Notes: generated from the letters alone by a model not told the origin. 64,000 bases of DNA from Yuukianura sp. NJ FZ-2021 (GCA_046563655.1 CM102290.1:12462001-12526000), one strand, 5' to 3'. Counted from the first letter of the stretch, positions 1 to 13,700 are shown. Program-made: numbers and translations.

Positions 1-50
1 CCAGCGAAGTTAATATTAGTAGTACAAGCTCATTTTTCCATTTTGCAGTC

Positions 51-2231
51 ATGACAACGGTTCTAAGGGTCAACGGCATTGTCAAGTTCCTCTTGACCTT
101 GGCAACTTTTCAGGTACTGCTGGACTGTACGCTGGTGTGCGTGGCTGCTCGAAGACGCCGTGTGCCCAGGCAACAGAGTTTGCCTCCTGTGCTGGTCGAA
201 ACGAGAGGCATTTGTGGGAAAGTGCCGCGAATTCAAATTCATGACGCCATCAAATCACAAGCAACAGTGACTCCATTTGGACAAGTTCCTTGGCAGGTAG
301 GTCAGAGGTCAACTATGACATAAAAAATTAAAATTCATGTTTAGTTTTTTTTGTTTTTTGTTTTTTTTTTGGAAAATAGGTTGGTATATTTTATGGCCAG
401 CATAACGAGTCGTTTCTCTGTGCTGGGACATTGATTAGCAGAATTCACGTTTTGACGGCCGCCATTTGTCTCGTTTCGGTTCAAAGTAGTGAGGATCTGC
501 GTCTGCGTCTTGGTGACTGGGACATTTCGGACCATGATTCTAATTTTGAAGCCTACCAAGCTTTTCATACAACGGCGAAGAAAGTTATAATTTTGCAAGG
601 TAAGCATATTCGTTTTTGTTTTTCAGATTTTAGAATTTGACTTTTTCGTTAAAATTATATTTCCAGACAATTTTTTTTGCAGGCGATGAACCAATGCGAC
701 CGTCTTTGAATGCAGTGGCACTCTTGACCCTAAATGAAGCAGTTGACTTTGACCTGTATCCGCAGGTCAGGCCAATTTGTCTTCCAGAAGTCACTTCTTT
801 GCAAAACGAAACCAAAAACAAGAAAGAAGAGGTCGTCGAAAACTGCTTTACGTCAGGATGGGGTTACCAAGATCCATCGGTGAGCAAACGAGAACAAAAT
901 ATTGCCGGTATTTATAACCTGTCAAGCATTCCTGACTAATTTAGCATTTTGATTCACAATTATAGGTTGCCGAACCTCCCCAAAACGTGACTTTCAAATC
1001 AAAATTGGACAAACACGATGAAGCCGTGACATACCAAAGCGTGGACAGCGTCAAAAGTCAAGAACCTTTGGACAAGAACGTCACAGACGCTGTTCTTCCG
1101 AGATCGCTGAGCAGTTCCCAGGAAAAACCCACTTCGCCCATACTTATTTTAGTGCCACTGGTTCTGGATGAACAGGAAGAAAAAAACTACCGAATGGTGG
1201 ACCCTGTTCAGGAAGAGCGAATTCCCGACTACTTCACTGCCAATATGCCGGTCAGTATTGATCCAGTATTCAACGCGGATTTGGATTTACTCCCATTGAC
1301 CAACCATGACTCATGGGAACTCGCACCTTACACTGCCGTTACAAATGCAGACGGCATTCCCGAAGAGTGAGAAAATTTAAAACTGAAAAAAATAACGCTG
1401 GACAGTTTTCAAAAAAAAATATTTTTTTTCAAGTCATTTCTATTTCTATTTTCTAGGAATCATGAAACTGCGGTGGAAAATTCAACGCAGTTCCACGTTT
1501 TGCATCGAGCCATGTTTCGTCACAAGGAAAAGTACAAGAGTGGAAAAGACTTTCTGCGCAGGAAATTTAGTCTGGACGCAGCCTCAATAGAAGAATCTAA
1601 TCCTGCAATAGTAAAAGAAGACATTTTACTGGACAAACGAAACCAGGGACAAGAAAAGTCCAATGTCAATACAACATTGGCTCAAACAACATCAACAACC
1701 GGAAGCCCTCAGGCACTTTCTGCCTTCCCAATGCCAGTTCCACCGCAGAATGTGCATAAACAGAGCCTGTCGCTTCTTAAGGCAGCATCGGTGTCACTCC
1801 AGCGATCTTGTGCTGCCATCCCGGAAGTCGAGAAAGGTGAAGCTACGGTTGGAAAGGCTTGTATTGTTCCAACCAATCCGGAGTATCGCTCTCTTTGCAT
1901 GGTACTTCAACTTCAACATAGCAACAGTTCTTTTCAAAACTTAATTTCTAATTTTGTTTCTAAATAGGTCAACCTGGGGTCACCAGTGACCTGCAAGGGT
2001 CAAAGAATGCTACGACGCACCAGAAGTATCGCAGCGGGGTCAAGTATGCAAGAAGTGCAAGACAAAAACGCCCTTGTGTATGACGACTCGAGGTCAGTGC
2101 TTGTTGGAATCGTAACATGGAAACGTCCATGTTTTGTTGACGACTCTGACCCCGCCCTTCAAAAGTACAACTTCGTTGCGGAAACGAAAGACTTCCTGAC
2201 TCTACTGCTAGAAAAACTGAAAAGCTCATAA
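51..2231 (+). CDS. Secreted trypsin-family serine protease homolog (non-catalytic), about 6 exons
   Basis: Hydrophobic N-terminus, then CG...PFGQVPWQ|VGIFY...FLCAGTLISRIHVLTAAICL, LRLRLGDWD, VRPICLP, CFTSGWG, SLCM|VNLGSPVTC and VLVGIVTW, joined by GT-AG introns. The catalytic H, D and S positions read I, A and L. Confidence 0.85.
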
Positions 2232-3009
2232 GGATATACACTAAAAGTACTAAAAGTGTAACAATTCTACCTCCAACAACATCCTCTCAACCACCATTTT
2301 TTAAATTCTTAACAACGATAGGAACAACGAACAACCTACGAGAATGAATTTGGAACCTCGCGGTATAACCATACGGTATAATTTGGATCGACTATTCATC
2401 AGAAACCTATGTAAGGTTTGGTAACCATCACAATTCTGAGGATTAATCACTTTTTCAAATTCACGATTACATTATACCACGTTCCAAATTCATGGAGACC
2501 AGCATTATTTGGAAAGTAGCGTTTAGTTTGAAATAAATTTGATATATTTGAACTTGAGTTGCGGCTTTCAAATTATTTCAGCATTTTGTAAACTTTTGCA
2601 GAGTTTTCGGCAAACCACAAATCATCATCAAAAACAAACTGCTTATTTTTCAGCAAAACTTTTTTAATATTACATGAAATGGCTTAAGGGATACACGCAC
2701 GTGTAAAAGTAATATTCAAGGCTCGTTTGCGGTTAGACGTGATTTCTTGCTTTGCCATGACCAAAATTTATGACAAGCGGTGTGCTCTACACACAAAAAA
2801 ATCAAAACCATTTATTTACACTTTAATTTCTTAAAGGATCTCCACTTTTTTTCCTCGTGTCAATTAAGTGCCTTGTCAATCCAAACCTTATCTCAAGCAT
2901 TTTCCACTGTCCAACAAAAACAGGTTTTCCATCAACGTAAATCGTCATCTCACAGTTGAAAATTCTGTAGATTCAGTATATCGTTTAAAAAAATCACCAG
3001 TTTACGCAA

Positions 3010-3240
3010 CTCGATTAAAGTAAACCTAAATTGCATCTATTCTTCCCAACTGGGTAACCAAGGACACCATTTTTGTAACCACCATAACGTTACACCCGGT
3101 TGTTACAATCAGAGGTATAAAAAACTTTAAAGAAAGCATAACCTGGCAATTGCATTGTAACCACTGATAGAGTATACAAACACGGCGTCGGTGGTTACAC
3201 CACGTGGGTACAATGGATGCAATTTACGCTTACCTCAACC
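3010..3240. mobile_element. Degenerate MITE-like element with imperfect terminal inverted repeats
   Basis: taaattgcatctattcttcccaactgggtaacca (about 3027-3060) is an imperfect reverse complement of tggttacaccacgtgggtacaatggatgcaattta (about 3192-3226). Internal tgtaacca subrepeats are present. Confidence 0.5.
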
Positions 3241-4208
3241 TCCAATTGACAGGGGAATATCTGTAAGGTCATAAGCAACGACAATTTTTTAACTTCAATA
3301 AAAAAGTTAACACCTTTTACGGCGTTTACAATGTTTCAAAAATAGAGTTTTTGCATAGCATTATGAACGTCTTGGCACGATGACCTTGCAACTTCTAATT
3401 TGTTGCAAATTTGTTAAGATACTAAAACTCAGCAATACAGAAGGATGGCGTCTACTAATATAAAAACCTACCGTTCGATGTTTACTAGAGTTCAGGCGAT
3501 GTAGTAATTTGTCGTCACTAGTGTGCCGATGACGCTGTTTTATTGAACTAATTCCGATTCGGTAACAATATGCTTACGAATTTGCAAAACTAGTTTGGAA
3601 TTAACACGTTTTCGAACGTGATGATATTTTTATGTGCTCTTGAACAAGTATTTTCAATTGCGTAAACTCTTTGAGATGTTGACGCTTGTTCTTGCCCTTG
3701 TAAATAACAAAAAAATTTCAATTCTTTGCAAATCCAGTCTTCTCGAGGAAGTTCGACAGAAAAAAGACACTTTTTTGCCGGAAAATATTTGAGCACGAAA
3801 GCCATCCATGTTTGACCTTCCATATTTTTTGTTTCATGAATCACGAGGAAATGCGTTAATAAGTTTTGAAGACTAACGTTTGAGTAAAATGTTACACACT
3901 TTTTTTGGTTCTCACTCTTAAGTTGTTAAGTTTCTCATTACTACATATCCACTTTGCACTTGAGAAGTAGTTTAACTTTTTTTTGGAGGACGGATGGATG
4001 CAATCAATTGACAAGATTCGTAGATGCAAATGCAGTGTCGAGGTCAACTGGTCAAGCTGCCCACCTTCACCAAAAACCACTTTCGGCTAAACGACAGTCG
4101 TCAGTCAGTCTACATCTTCCAGTCACTACGGGCCTACCGACGCCACACCATCCTACTATATCTTGTTACATCTTAAAATTTTGAAAATTTCAAATTAAAA
4201 GTTCCAAA

Positions 4209-6150
4209 ATGTCAAAGGTCAAAGGTTTCAGTTTTTTGTCTAACAATTTAGAAGTCATCCTCATCGCTGTCACAGCTTTGCCGCTCTACTGTGCCCTCGT
4301 CGTTGTCCTTCTGACTCTCGGGCTTCCCTCTCTTTGTTTGCAATTCATAGTCACCAAATTGGCCAAGTATTTTCATCCTGACTGGGTTGGACCCATGTCC
4401 GGGAAAGACGTGATTGTCGGCGCAGATGACATTAGTAAACCTAGGAACGCCCTTCTATGCTACAATACACTTGATTCCAACGTCTCCCTACAGGAAATCC
4501 TTAGAAATTTCTCGGAGTTTATCGTTGAGCGTCGGGTGACCAGCGGAAGCACTGAGCTCATGTACCCCAAGTTCAAACAGTATTTTGAACCTTGGTTTGG
4601 CTATAACTTTTGGAAGTGGGATCACAACTTTGACATTCGGAATCACGTTAAACTGCTTCCAGGATCCAGTGAACTTACAGTGACAACTGAGAAACAGGTC
4701 ATGGCCACTCTTGGTCACCTTATTTCGGCTCCATTTCACCCAAAACGACCATACTGGGAATGCTTCTGCGTCCCGAACTACGTAGGATCTCAAGAATCGG
4801 AAAGAAAAACGATGGTAGTCTACCGAATGCATCACGGAATTGGCGACGGCTATTCCTTTCTTAAGTGTTTCATGCAGCATCTCTGCAACGATGACCTCGA
4901 CAAAATGGTTAAGCTGAAGGACCCTCCACGCAAAGGCGGATGGAGTCTGCGCAGAACGCTCCGTCTGGCCTGGTCTATTGCCCAAATCCCGTACCTCATT
5001 CTGCGTCAGTGTATCATTGACATTGACCGGAACGAATGGTTTGTTCCCATGGGCCAACTGACTGGACAGTGTCATGTGGCTCAAACGCGACAAATCTCAA
5101 TTCCTGCCATTAAGGAAGTTTGTAAACAGTACAACGTTAGTTTCACGAGCGTCCTCTTTGCCGCTCTGGCTGGCGGAATCAACAAGCATTTCAAACGAAA
5201 GAATTTTCCGTCCAGGGAGAGAAATATTCCAAGCATTTTGCGCTGTTTCACGCCTTTTCCGTGGCGAAACCACCCAAACAATAAACTCACCAACCATTGG
5301 TAAGCTAAAATTTTTTTGGAAAATGTCAAAGTATTACTGATTTTTGCTTGAATTTAACTTTGTTTGCAAAACAGGACATGCGCTTCGGTGCCAATCCATC
5401 CCAATATTGATTCTGCTGAAGAACGAATGGAAGTGACAGAACGGTACCTTCAAGGGCTCAAAGAATCTCCACTTCCTCTGGCCAATCACTTGCTCCTTCC
5501 CATTGGAGCGACATTTCCAGTATGGGCGGTAAAGTTTGGAAACTGGTTTAATACTCTCATAGTGTCCAACTTTCCCGGTCCCACCCAACATTGCAAGTAC
5601 TACAAAAGATACACAGTGCAGGATCTCAACTTTTGGGCGCCACATTTGAATGGAAAAGCAGGTATGACTTTCTTTTTTGCATTTTGTAAACTGAGCAGCG
5701 TATTAAGCGCGAACTCTTATGAATTAACTGTTTTTTTTTGTTGTTTCAGCGTAAATTGAACGCATTAAATCAACTAAACTGACTCAAATTTTTTGATTGG
5801 TTTTTTTTTTTCATAGGAATTGGAGTTACAATGATTAGTTATGGACAAGTACTCCGTATCGGACTCAACTTTGACAAAGCAATACTTCCGCAGCAGCAGG
5901 ATGTCGATGACCTTTGTTTCTTCATCGGGCAGGAATTTGAGAAATTATTTCGGAAAACTGACACAGAGGTCAGTATTCTTCAAACATCCAACGGGATTCG
6001 CATTTTTATGTTCTTAAACTTACTCTCTTGTTTGTGCAGCTGCAGAGGCTACTCCCCGCCCGTGGGAAACATTTCGGGGAAACTGAGATTGGCAATGGCC
6101 ACACCCAGAAGCAAAATACAAAACTACTTCGACATAGATCCGTATCATAA
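4209..6150 (+). CDS. Wax ester synthase/diacylglycerol acyltransferase (WS/DGAT) with N-terminal membrane anchor, 4 exons
   Basis: Catalytic HHxxxDG motif (RMHHGIGDG), FDIRNHV, PFHPKRPYWE, SNFPGP and MISYGQVLRIGL. Introns at about 5300-5374, 5662-5816 and 5969-6039. If the last intron is retained the ORF ends at 6175. Confidence 0.88.
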
Positions 6151-6771
6151 CCCTCTGCAACGCTTGACGCTTTAGCATTCACATCTCAACAGTGACTTCA
6201 ATGTTAATGGCTTTAATACTACGCGGAATTATGTAACCTATCATGATATTTTTATTACTTGTCAAATAAATTGTAAATAAATTGTATTACGACAAACTTA
6301 CTACATAACTAATCATAGGGTTTTAATAATTAGAGTATTTCACAAATCGTATTGTTAGATTAAGGTAGAGTATTGCGTAGCGTGTATTACCAGATTGACA
6401 AACTAACGGCATAGGCCGCCAACTTAAAGGTCATCAAACGTCCACTCATGTTCCAGAAAACTTTTCTAGGTCTTAGAAAAGATTTCTGTGACCTGTTTGA
6501 CAACGTTTTCAGTAAAAAGCATTCCGTTAAAACTTATTTCACTTAAAAATTTATAAAAAGTTAGCGTTTTTTCCAATTGTTATGAAGTAAACTAATCCAC
6601 AAGATTATGTTAATTATTAGTCTTTTGTTCTCTTGCAAAAATTTTTGCACACATTGTTAGACTGTTACAGTTCATTGCCTCCTGTATTTTAGTCTTTAGC
6701 CTTTTGTTGTCAATGTACTTTACATTCAATTTGTGTGGCGCGTGTCCGATGCCTATAAAAAGGCTCGGCCG

Positions 6772-6810
6772 TGACCTCTAGAAATCACTTCAAATCTAAA
6801 CCTTAAACTA
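6772..6810 (+). promoter_or_regulatory. TATA box plus Inr-like core promoter
   Basis: cctataaaaagg followed about 30 nt later by aatcactt. A diverged copy lies at about 15042-15085. Confidence 0.5.
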
Positions 6811-6958
6811 AACAGAACTCTGCCGGTTTGCACACCGACACGAGTTCAACAACCTCAAACTAAACTTTCTGAATAAAAGTTAATTCTTACTTTTTTTGTC
6901 CTCGTACTCAAATGGTATATATTTACAGTTGAACCGAGCACTTGCAGAAGCGAATGCC

Positions 6959-7490
6959 ATGCTTTCGCTGAAATCATCTTTCAAAGTCGACGCAACGCTG
7001 CCACCTCAGGTTGGGAATTACCGCCGTCACATCGACAAACTCTCCAGTAAAATGTAAGACTAGTAATGTTTCATTTATTTATTGACATTCCAACGAATAA
7101 ATGTAAAACTAATAATCTTGTATTGTTTTATTTTTAATATTTTACTTTTTATTTTTAGCCCGCTTCTGAAGAACCCTGTGGCCAGATCGAATTCGGAAAA
7201 ACTTTTCAGAAGTGGGTCCACCCGTTTACCGCAAATTCTTAGGAACGTTTATGTTTATTTTTACAATTTATGGTTTCAATAGTGCCTGAGGTTGTGGTAC
7301 CATCGGACGAAGGTGTTGGTGACTCTCCGCCAATTACTCCGCCACCCAATCAACTCAATGTCTCGTCCGCCTCGACAGTCGGGCCATCAACTTATCCTCC
7401 ACCGGTTGTCCCACAAGTCAATCAAGGAAGGGCCCCCGTGTTGAAGCGGGCTAATAGCAGCGCTTCTGAACGGATAAGCTCTGGAAACTG
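6959..7490 (+). CDS. Orphan Pro/Ser-rich small protein, at least 3 coding exons, 3' end uncertain
   Basis: Frame is preserved across two GT-AG introns (7054-7158, AT|C; 7212-7282, A|TG): MLSLKSSFKVDATLPPQVGNYRRHIDKLSSKIPLLKNPVARSNSEKLFRMPEVVVPSDEGVGDSPPITPPP... A further donor follows at 7491. Confidence 0.55.
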
Positions 7491-9090
7491 TAAGATACGG
7501 TAATGATTGCTTCATCGAGCGTATGATTTCTATAATTCTTACTCCAAATAGCGAGTCAATCTAGAATAACGTTTATTTCAGAACACAATCATTTTGCCAA
7601 TTTTTCATGTAATTTTGCCAGTTTTTCACATTTAAAACGTCCGTTTAAAACAAGGATACCCTGACAGGGAGACATAAAAAAGCTGTAACCGAGAATGGAA
7701 AAAACTTGGAGGTGTCGCTTTCACTCTTTCCCGTTCAAATTCTTTTGTGCTCCTCTACGAGTGTACGGTATTGAAATATTGGCCACAAATTACGAAAACT
7801 GATAGCTATTTATGACTTGAAATTCTCAAAATCTCCCCCTTCCATCATCACACAAAACCAATAAACGATGTGCGAACCCCTTTCTGACGTTTGCTAACAT
7901 TTCAGGGGTAACAATTTCCACAAAAATGCACTATTGGATCTCTTCTCAAGTCTTGTGCAGTTCACATAACTCGTAATCATTTTCAAGGCTACAAGTTCTA
8001 TACAAGTACAACAGTTCATAGTTAATACCCAATCACTGGTAATCGTACTGACGAATCGTCTGTTCAACCAACGTCTTTCAATCAATCTATCAACCGTCTA
8101 CGTCTCTCTACGTCTATCAAACATCTTTCCGTGGCCCTTTCATCTAATTAATACGTTCCAAAACACCTCCGTTGTCTCTCTTCCTTTGCTTACAAACAAA
8201 GACCGAGACCTCAGTCGCGTCCAGAAGACTTTCCAACCGGGAGCTTATCACTCAGATGTCTCTACTTTTCATATTGCAGATTGTTACTAGGTGAAACTAA
8301 TGGAACCCAACAACAAGATGAATGTGATTGCACTATTGTGAAATGCACTATTCTCCTTGTAAGTTCGGGTAAGATTTGTTTTCTCAGCGGCAAATAGATT
8401 TTACTTCTCAATTTTCAATTTCAATTTATTCTGAGAGTTTCCTGCATCAGCAGGTTATTACACCTCAGTTTGGTAGTCTAGTTTAAAATTAATTAAAATT
8501 AAACCAAAAAAAAACTAGTAACGGGGTGCAAGTTCAGGTTTATTTGACACGGTGACTTCGTCTGACCTTTCTATATCCAGATACATTAAATCAATGGGGC
8601 ATTTAAATAACGCTTCCCTTCAACCACGACCACATTCTTCGTCGTCGACATACCACAACGAATGATAGTTTCTGCACCACAACGACTACCTTTGGAGTCA
8701 AAAATGCTGGAAGGGAGTTGCAGAAACCTGCCAAAGCTACGGATGTTTAATGTCCTGACATTGATTAGGAACTTCAAGGTTAATTTGAAGTAAAAATACA
8801 ATGGATAGAGTAAGTTGTTGTTTCATTTATTGATTGAATTCATTTTTTTGTTATTGACAAATACTTCAATAATGTACGCCGAACCGAAATTTTATATCCG
8901 AGAGGAATAGAACAGGTTACAGGCGATTCATTTACTGATAAACAAACAACAGAGCACTGCGAAAACTGGCCTTTCGTTTGTGCCTGTTTGTTCCATTGCG
9001 AAAAGCAAATGGAAAAGCAACCTAAGGCTCTAGCCAATGGAAGTACCCCTCGTGCGGGTTAATTAAAAATGAATTTATAAACCGCAAGTT

Positions 9091-9198
9091 TTAACTAAAA
9101 TGTTCAGTTAAAAGTGTTTCTCCTATCACATACCACAGAAGCAACATAATCACCACAATAATCAGCACGAGAAAAATGATTCTCCATCTCCACTCCAT
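9091..9198 (-). CDS. 35-aa single-pass transmembrane micropeptide MEWRWRIIFLVLIIVVIMLLLWYVIGETLLTEHFS
   Basis: Intact ATG..TAA with a 19-residue hydrophobic run. A 57-nt GTAAGT..TTAG intron (9274-9218) lies in the 5' UTR and AATAAA occurs downstream at 8826-8831. Confidence 0.55.
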   Translation of the reverse strand: MEWRWRIIFLVLIIVVIMLLLWYVIGETLLTEHFS

Positions 9199-9731
9199 TC
9201 TTGAATTTGAGTAAAGTCTAAGTTGTAACGAAGGGGGCAACTAAACCACTAATATCTCAAAAAAATTGACTTACTTGTACTGTTTTAGAATATCCAGAAT
9301 GAAAACTGTAGTAGAAAGTACTAGTACTGTAGTTTTGAAAAGGTTATCAAATTTTGGTAACTATGGGCTGTTGCTACTTGTCGCACATGAACAGTGGGGA
9401 GAGCAGTTGAAATGATTGTCTTTGATTTTGATTTATTAATTAGTAAATTAAACTTAATATTGAAAAGTTAGTAGAAGTGAAAAAATGACTTGAATTGACT
9501 GAGAGTGATTGAAGTTAAGATTATGACTATATGTGTATGAGTTGAAATATGACTATGACTCTAAAATTGTATTCTTGTGTTGATTTTGCTTTTTTGTTGA
9601 CCGTTAGGACGCTTCCATAACCCTAAGGCTAAAAGTCAACACTATTCCTATTTTTAGACTGAAAAGTACATGCTATTCCAAAAATCTATGTGCAAAAGCC
9701 ACAACATGGGCAGCTTTCCTAACCGAAAAAT

Positions 9732-10700
9732 TTAGCCGTTTCTGCGTACGCCTTCGTCATTGGGCCAATGAACGATACCGCTGATACTGCCATCTCTGTA
9801 CCTCTGTCCTTGCTGTTGCTGAAAAAGTCGCTCTTTTAGCATTCGCTGTTGCTGAATTTGCTGTTGAATTTGTTGGTGTTGCTGTTGTTGGTTAAGGAAA
9901 CCAGAATTTCTGAAATTCTCGTGCCGGTTACCTAGCAACGCCCGCAGAGGATGTCTGCGCATGACGATTGGTGGAGGTGCAGGTCGATGCAAGTACTTTG
10001 ACCTGTCGATCATCGTTCCATGCTGAACGCTTGGACTTGGATCCTGGTCTTCTCCAGACGGGAATTTGATTCGTCCAGAATGTAAAGGCGGAGACGGAAT
10101 TGGTTGAGAGGGGACCAATGGCGGGAAGGGATTTGGAGCTCTTTGATTGGCTACCGATGTAGCGGTAGATGCCCACCCCCAGCTATCCCCCTAGGTTACT
10201 ATAGCATACACACACTGATTCTTAGATATGTATGAGTGAGGGATTCAGTCTCAATATAGCCTTTTGCAGAGCAACAAGCTCTTCCTGTGTCTCTCGTCTG
10301 TTCATTTGACCTCATCTCTGGCTGACCTCGGCTCCACCGAGCAGCCACCAGGCAGACTCCGCAGCCGTTTCCGTCTCACCGAATTTGACCAATGAGAACC
10401 CTCCACACTTTGGCCAAATAATGCTGTTGTTGTTGATCGAAGTTTAAGTGCTTCGGCAAAACTAGGCAGGATTGACCCCGTGACCTTGCTATTCGGAGCA
10501 TACTGGAGCTGCTGCGCATGTAAATCACGTAGTGACTGAAAATTGTTGTGCACATGCGTCCGGTTTTCACCGGAACTGTAAAGTACCGGTCGCCAAGTAT
10601 CGGAAACCACCGGTACGAATCCGGCAGAAGTACCAGAAATAGGAAGGTTTGAAATTGTAAACATTTGAATGGAAATCAATTGGTTCTGGCGGGTGGTACG
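9732..10700 (-). pseudogene. Probable decayed gene for a Q/P-rich low-complexity protein
   Basis: Protein-like blocks (FVPVVSDTWRPVLY..., RETQEELVALQKAILRLNP, PSQPIPSPPLHSGRIKFP...QQQ) occur in different frames, separated by stops with no obvious splice sites. Confidence 0.4.
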
Positions 10701-13700
10701 CTGATGAGAAACGATGTCATCCACAGTTGCTTCAGTACCATTTGAATTCTCCATGTTCACATGAATAACTTTCAGGTCAATGTCTATCTCTCACTGTCTT
10801 CTTCGTATGAGTCAGAACTTTTTATCAGAACAGAAGTTTTATCGTAAAGGTGAAGGAGATTTCTGATAGAAACATAAGGGCAATGTAATGGAAAATAGAA
10901 ATGGAATCCAATTTAAAGAAACGCTAGGATGTTGGCAATGTACTAGTGGAAAATTGGAAATATTTACATTTTCTCCATTTAATCCTTCTTGTTTTAAACA
11001 AAACCGTAGAAACGGCAGCCGTCCAGACCAATCGGAATGAAATGCGTTCTAAAATTAGCACCTGACAGTTGTAGAAGCTACCTTTGATATCATGAGGCTT
11101 CTGCTGTCAAATGTACAACCTTGGACAAGGATTCAAGAGAAAAAGAAAGTTGTTCGAAAGTATTTCTACTACTGAGGTCCAGCTAAAAGAGTAACCTAAA
11201 AATCAGTAACTTATCTAATTTCGAAATTATAGAAGGAAAACGAGTGGAATAACACGATTTGCAAAAATTCAATCATATCAGTTTAGCTAGTTTTGAATTT
11301 TGAGTTCACTTTCCTCTCATGTTTACATAAGTTTCAACTCGTCTCTATGGAAACAAAATAGGGGTGTACTCGTTCAGCTGTACCTCTGTATTCTTCAGTG
11401 AACGTTATGGAATATTAACTTTTGACTTTGTGTAATTTTGACTTTTTGAATTTGTTTAATGTAGAAATGTATATTGAACAAGGACATGCAAGGTTACTAT
11501 AGCAACCCTTCTTTAAAGAGGCTAGGCAATAACTCCATGTTTGAAAAAATCGCATAAAAACAAAAAATGGAACCAATTTGGAATCAATTTTGTTTTCAAG
11601 TACGAAAAGCCAGTTTCAGGTGTATGGGAAGCCATGGGAAAATTTTTGATTTTCTCTTTTTTAAATTCAAATTCCTATAACGACGACGAATGAACTTGGG
11701 TGAATTCATTTTAGAAAATTTTGCTTAAAAAATTCTGAACTCGACTTATTGCCAAACCTCATAAAGACCCACCTTGAGGACATGGTTTTCTTAAATTAGA
11801 ACAAGGGTTTCCGTAAATTTTTATTAGTGAACCGATAAACGAGGACTTTGACCCAACGAACGTATTTCCGTATGCCAGTATAGAGAACAGGAGATGTCAC
11901 TGACTCAGTAGCAAGCCAAGTGGACATTCTGAAGCAGCGTGTCAAGGGCGTAGTTACCGGTGGATCTCGGATACCGATTGCTCGAAGGAAAGTAGAAATT
12001 GGAATCTGGAGAGACCATTATGTCAAGCTATTGATACCCAGCTTATACATACTCCAGCCTTGTTCAGATAAGGGAGAAGGGGCCTGTGGATAAAAAAAAA
12101 AGGAAAAATAAACATGAGGATATCGTGAATTAAGTTAAGCGGCACGAGGAATACCGTCATGAAAAGCCAAGGGAGGTAGCTGGGGTGCTTTAGACTAAAG
12201 CGGGGTAGAAGTGGCTTAGCTCACTCATCACACGCAGAGGTAACACTAAAAGTCAAATCAATTTTTACAATATCTGCCTATGGAATAGTTGATATGTATA
12301 CGATTGGTCAGTGTCAGATGTATTTGGTAATTGTAGTCCACTACGTCTTATGTGAACAGGCAACAAGATAATTAAATTAATTTAATTTAGAAATTGAAAT
12401 AGTTCAGAATAGGGACATTTCCAAACTCAAGAGAGACCAATCATAATTCGGTTACAATATTACTATTCCAAGGGACCTCGCGCTTACATTTTTTATTCGG
12501 ATTTTATAAATACTTACCTTTTAATTTTCATTTTTTTAACCACGTTGACATAAGTCAACTGGCGTACCATTCGGAGCAGGGTCCACATCCCGTGCGCTGG
12601 ACAGATTTAAATCTGGCAAATGCATCCGCTCCAAAAAAATTAGACCCAGCCGACTTTTGTTAAGTTTATGTTAGTTTGAACGAAAGTTTTTGGTTTTGTG
12701 AGTTCCAAGCAACTGTACATTTTCAATTTGATACATTAGAGATTCGTAGATTAGAATTAGACTCCAAACTGATTTTCCGTTCTTACGGGTTTTGTTTTAA
12801 TGTAGCTTAAGTTGGGTTGCCTTTGCCTTCCTAGTAAAGCTCATGCACCAAAGTATTAAACGCAGCAAAGGACTGTAGAAAAGATTAACAAGCCTTTCTT
12901 ATAGAATGCTGTTCTTCAAAATATCATTACATGTCGTGATAACTCAATACTGGTAAAATAAAAGTAGTTGACTTTGACCTTGAGCTTGGATAGGTCACCT
13001 TAAAAAGGCAATGGGGAAGAAAGCTAAAACCAAAAGCTTTGCTTTACAATTTATTTTTGACTTCGGTTTTGAATAATACAGAATGTTGTCCACAACTGAG
13101 CATCAGAAGGAGAATTGTAGTACTGGGAGCTAGACGGTAAAATCGAATAATCTCAAATTTGTTAGCTCGGCGCGTGTCGAGACCCTCATCTGCCATTTCT
13201 TAAGTAGATTTTTTATTATTTTATCATTTTTACTAGAGTTTGCCATTTTTAAAGTAGGGCGTTGAAAAAACTTGTTTGAACAGTATAGAATCCCGCAGTT
13301 TTCTGCTAGTACTGACTGAGATGGTTAATTGATCGGGAATGAGGATGACAAGACGCTTACCAGAAATAAGAAATTAACTAATCAAGGTCATTTCCAAGTA
13401 CAGTAGAGCTTAGAGCTTACCCTCACAATTCAACAATTTCCATATTTATTCGGGCACATTGACTTTGACTTTGAACGGAAAGTACTAACCAATGGCTTGT
13501 CTAATCCCATAACCTAACCCTTCTAAATATGTTCAAACAAAGAACAGAGGGTTTGGAAACCTACAATTTTAATGTTTTTTTTAGATTTCTTTGAAAAATG
13601 TTTAAGAGTTAGGAATTTAGGATGTACCATTGTGTGCAGGGTCATTTGTGGGCGTCGCTGACCGCCATAGAACTCCTGAAACGATGAAAACTCTACAAAA

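Noticed and set aside
4488..5093. 201-aa antisense ORF, and similar antisense ORFs in POLE, caudal and ARL6IP4 (e.g. 63056-63712)
   Set aside because: Shadow frames of real coding exons with no independent motifs.
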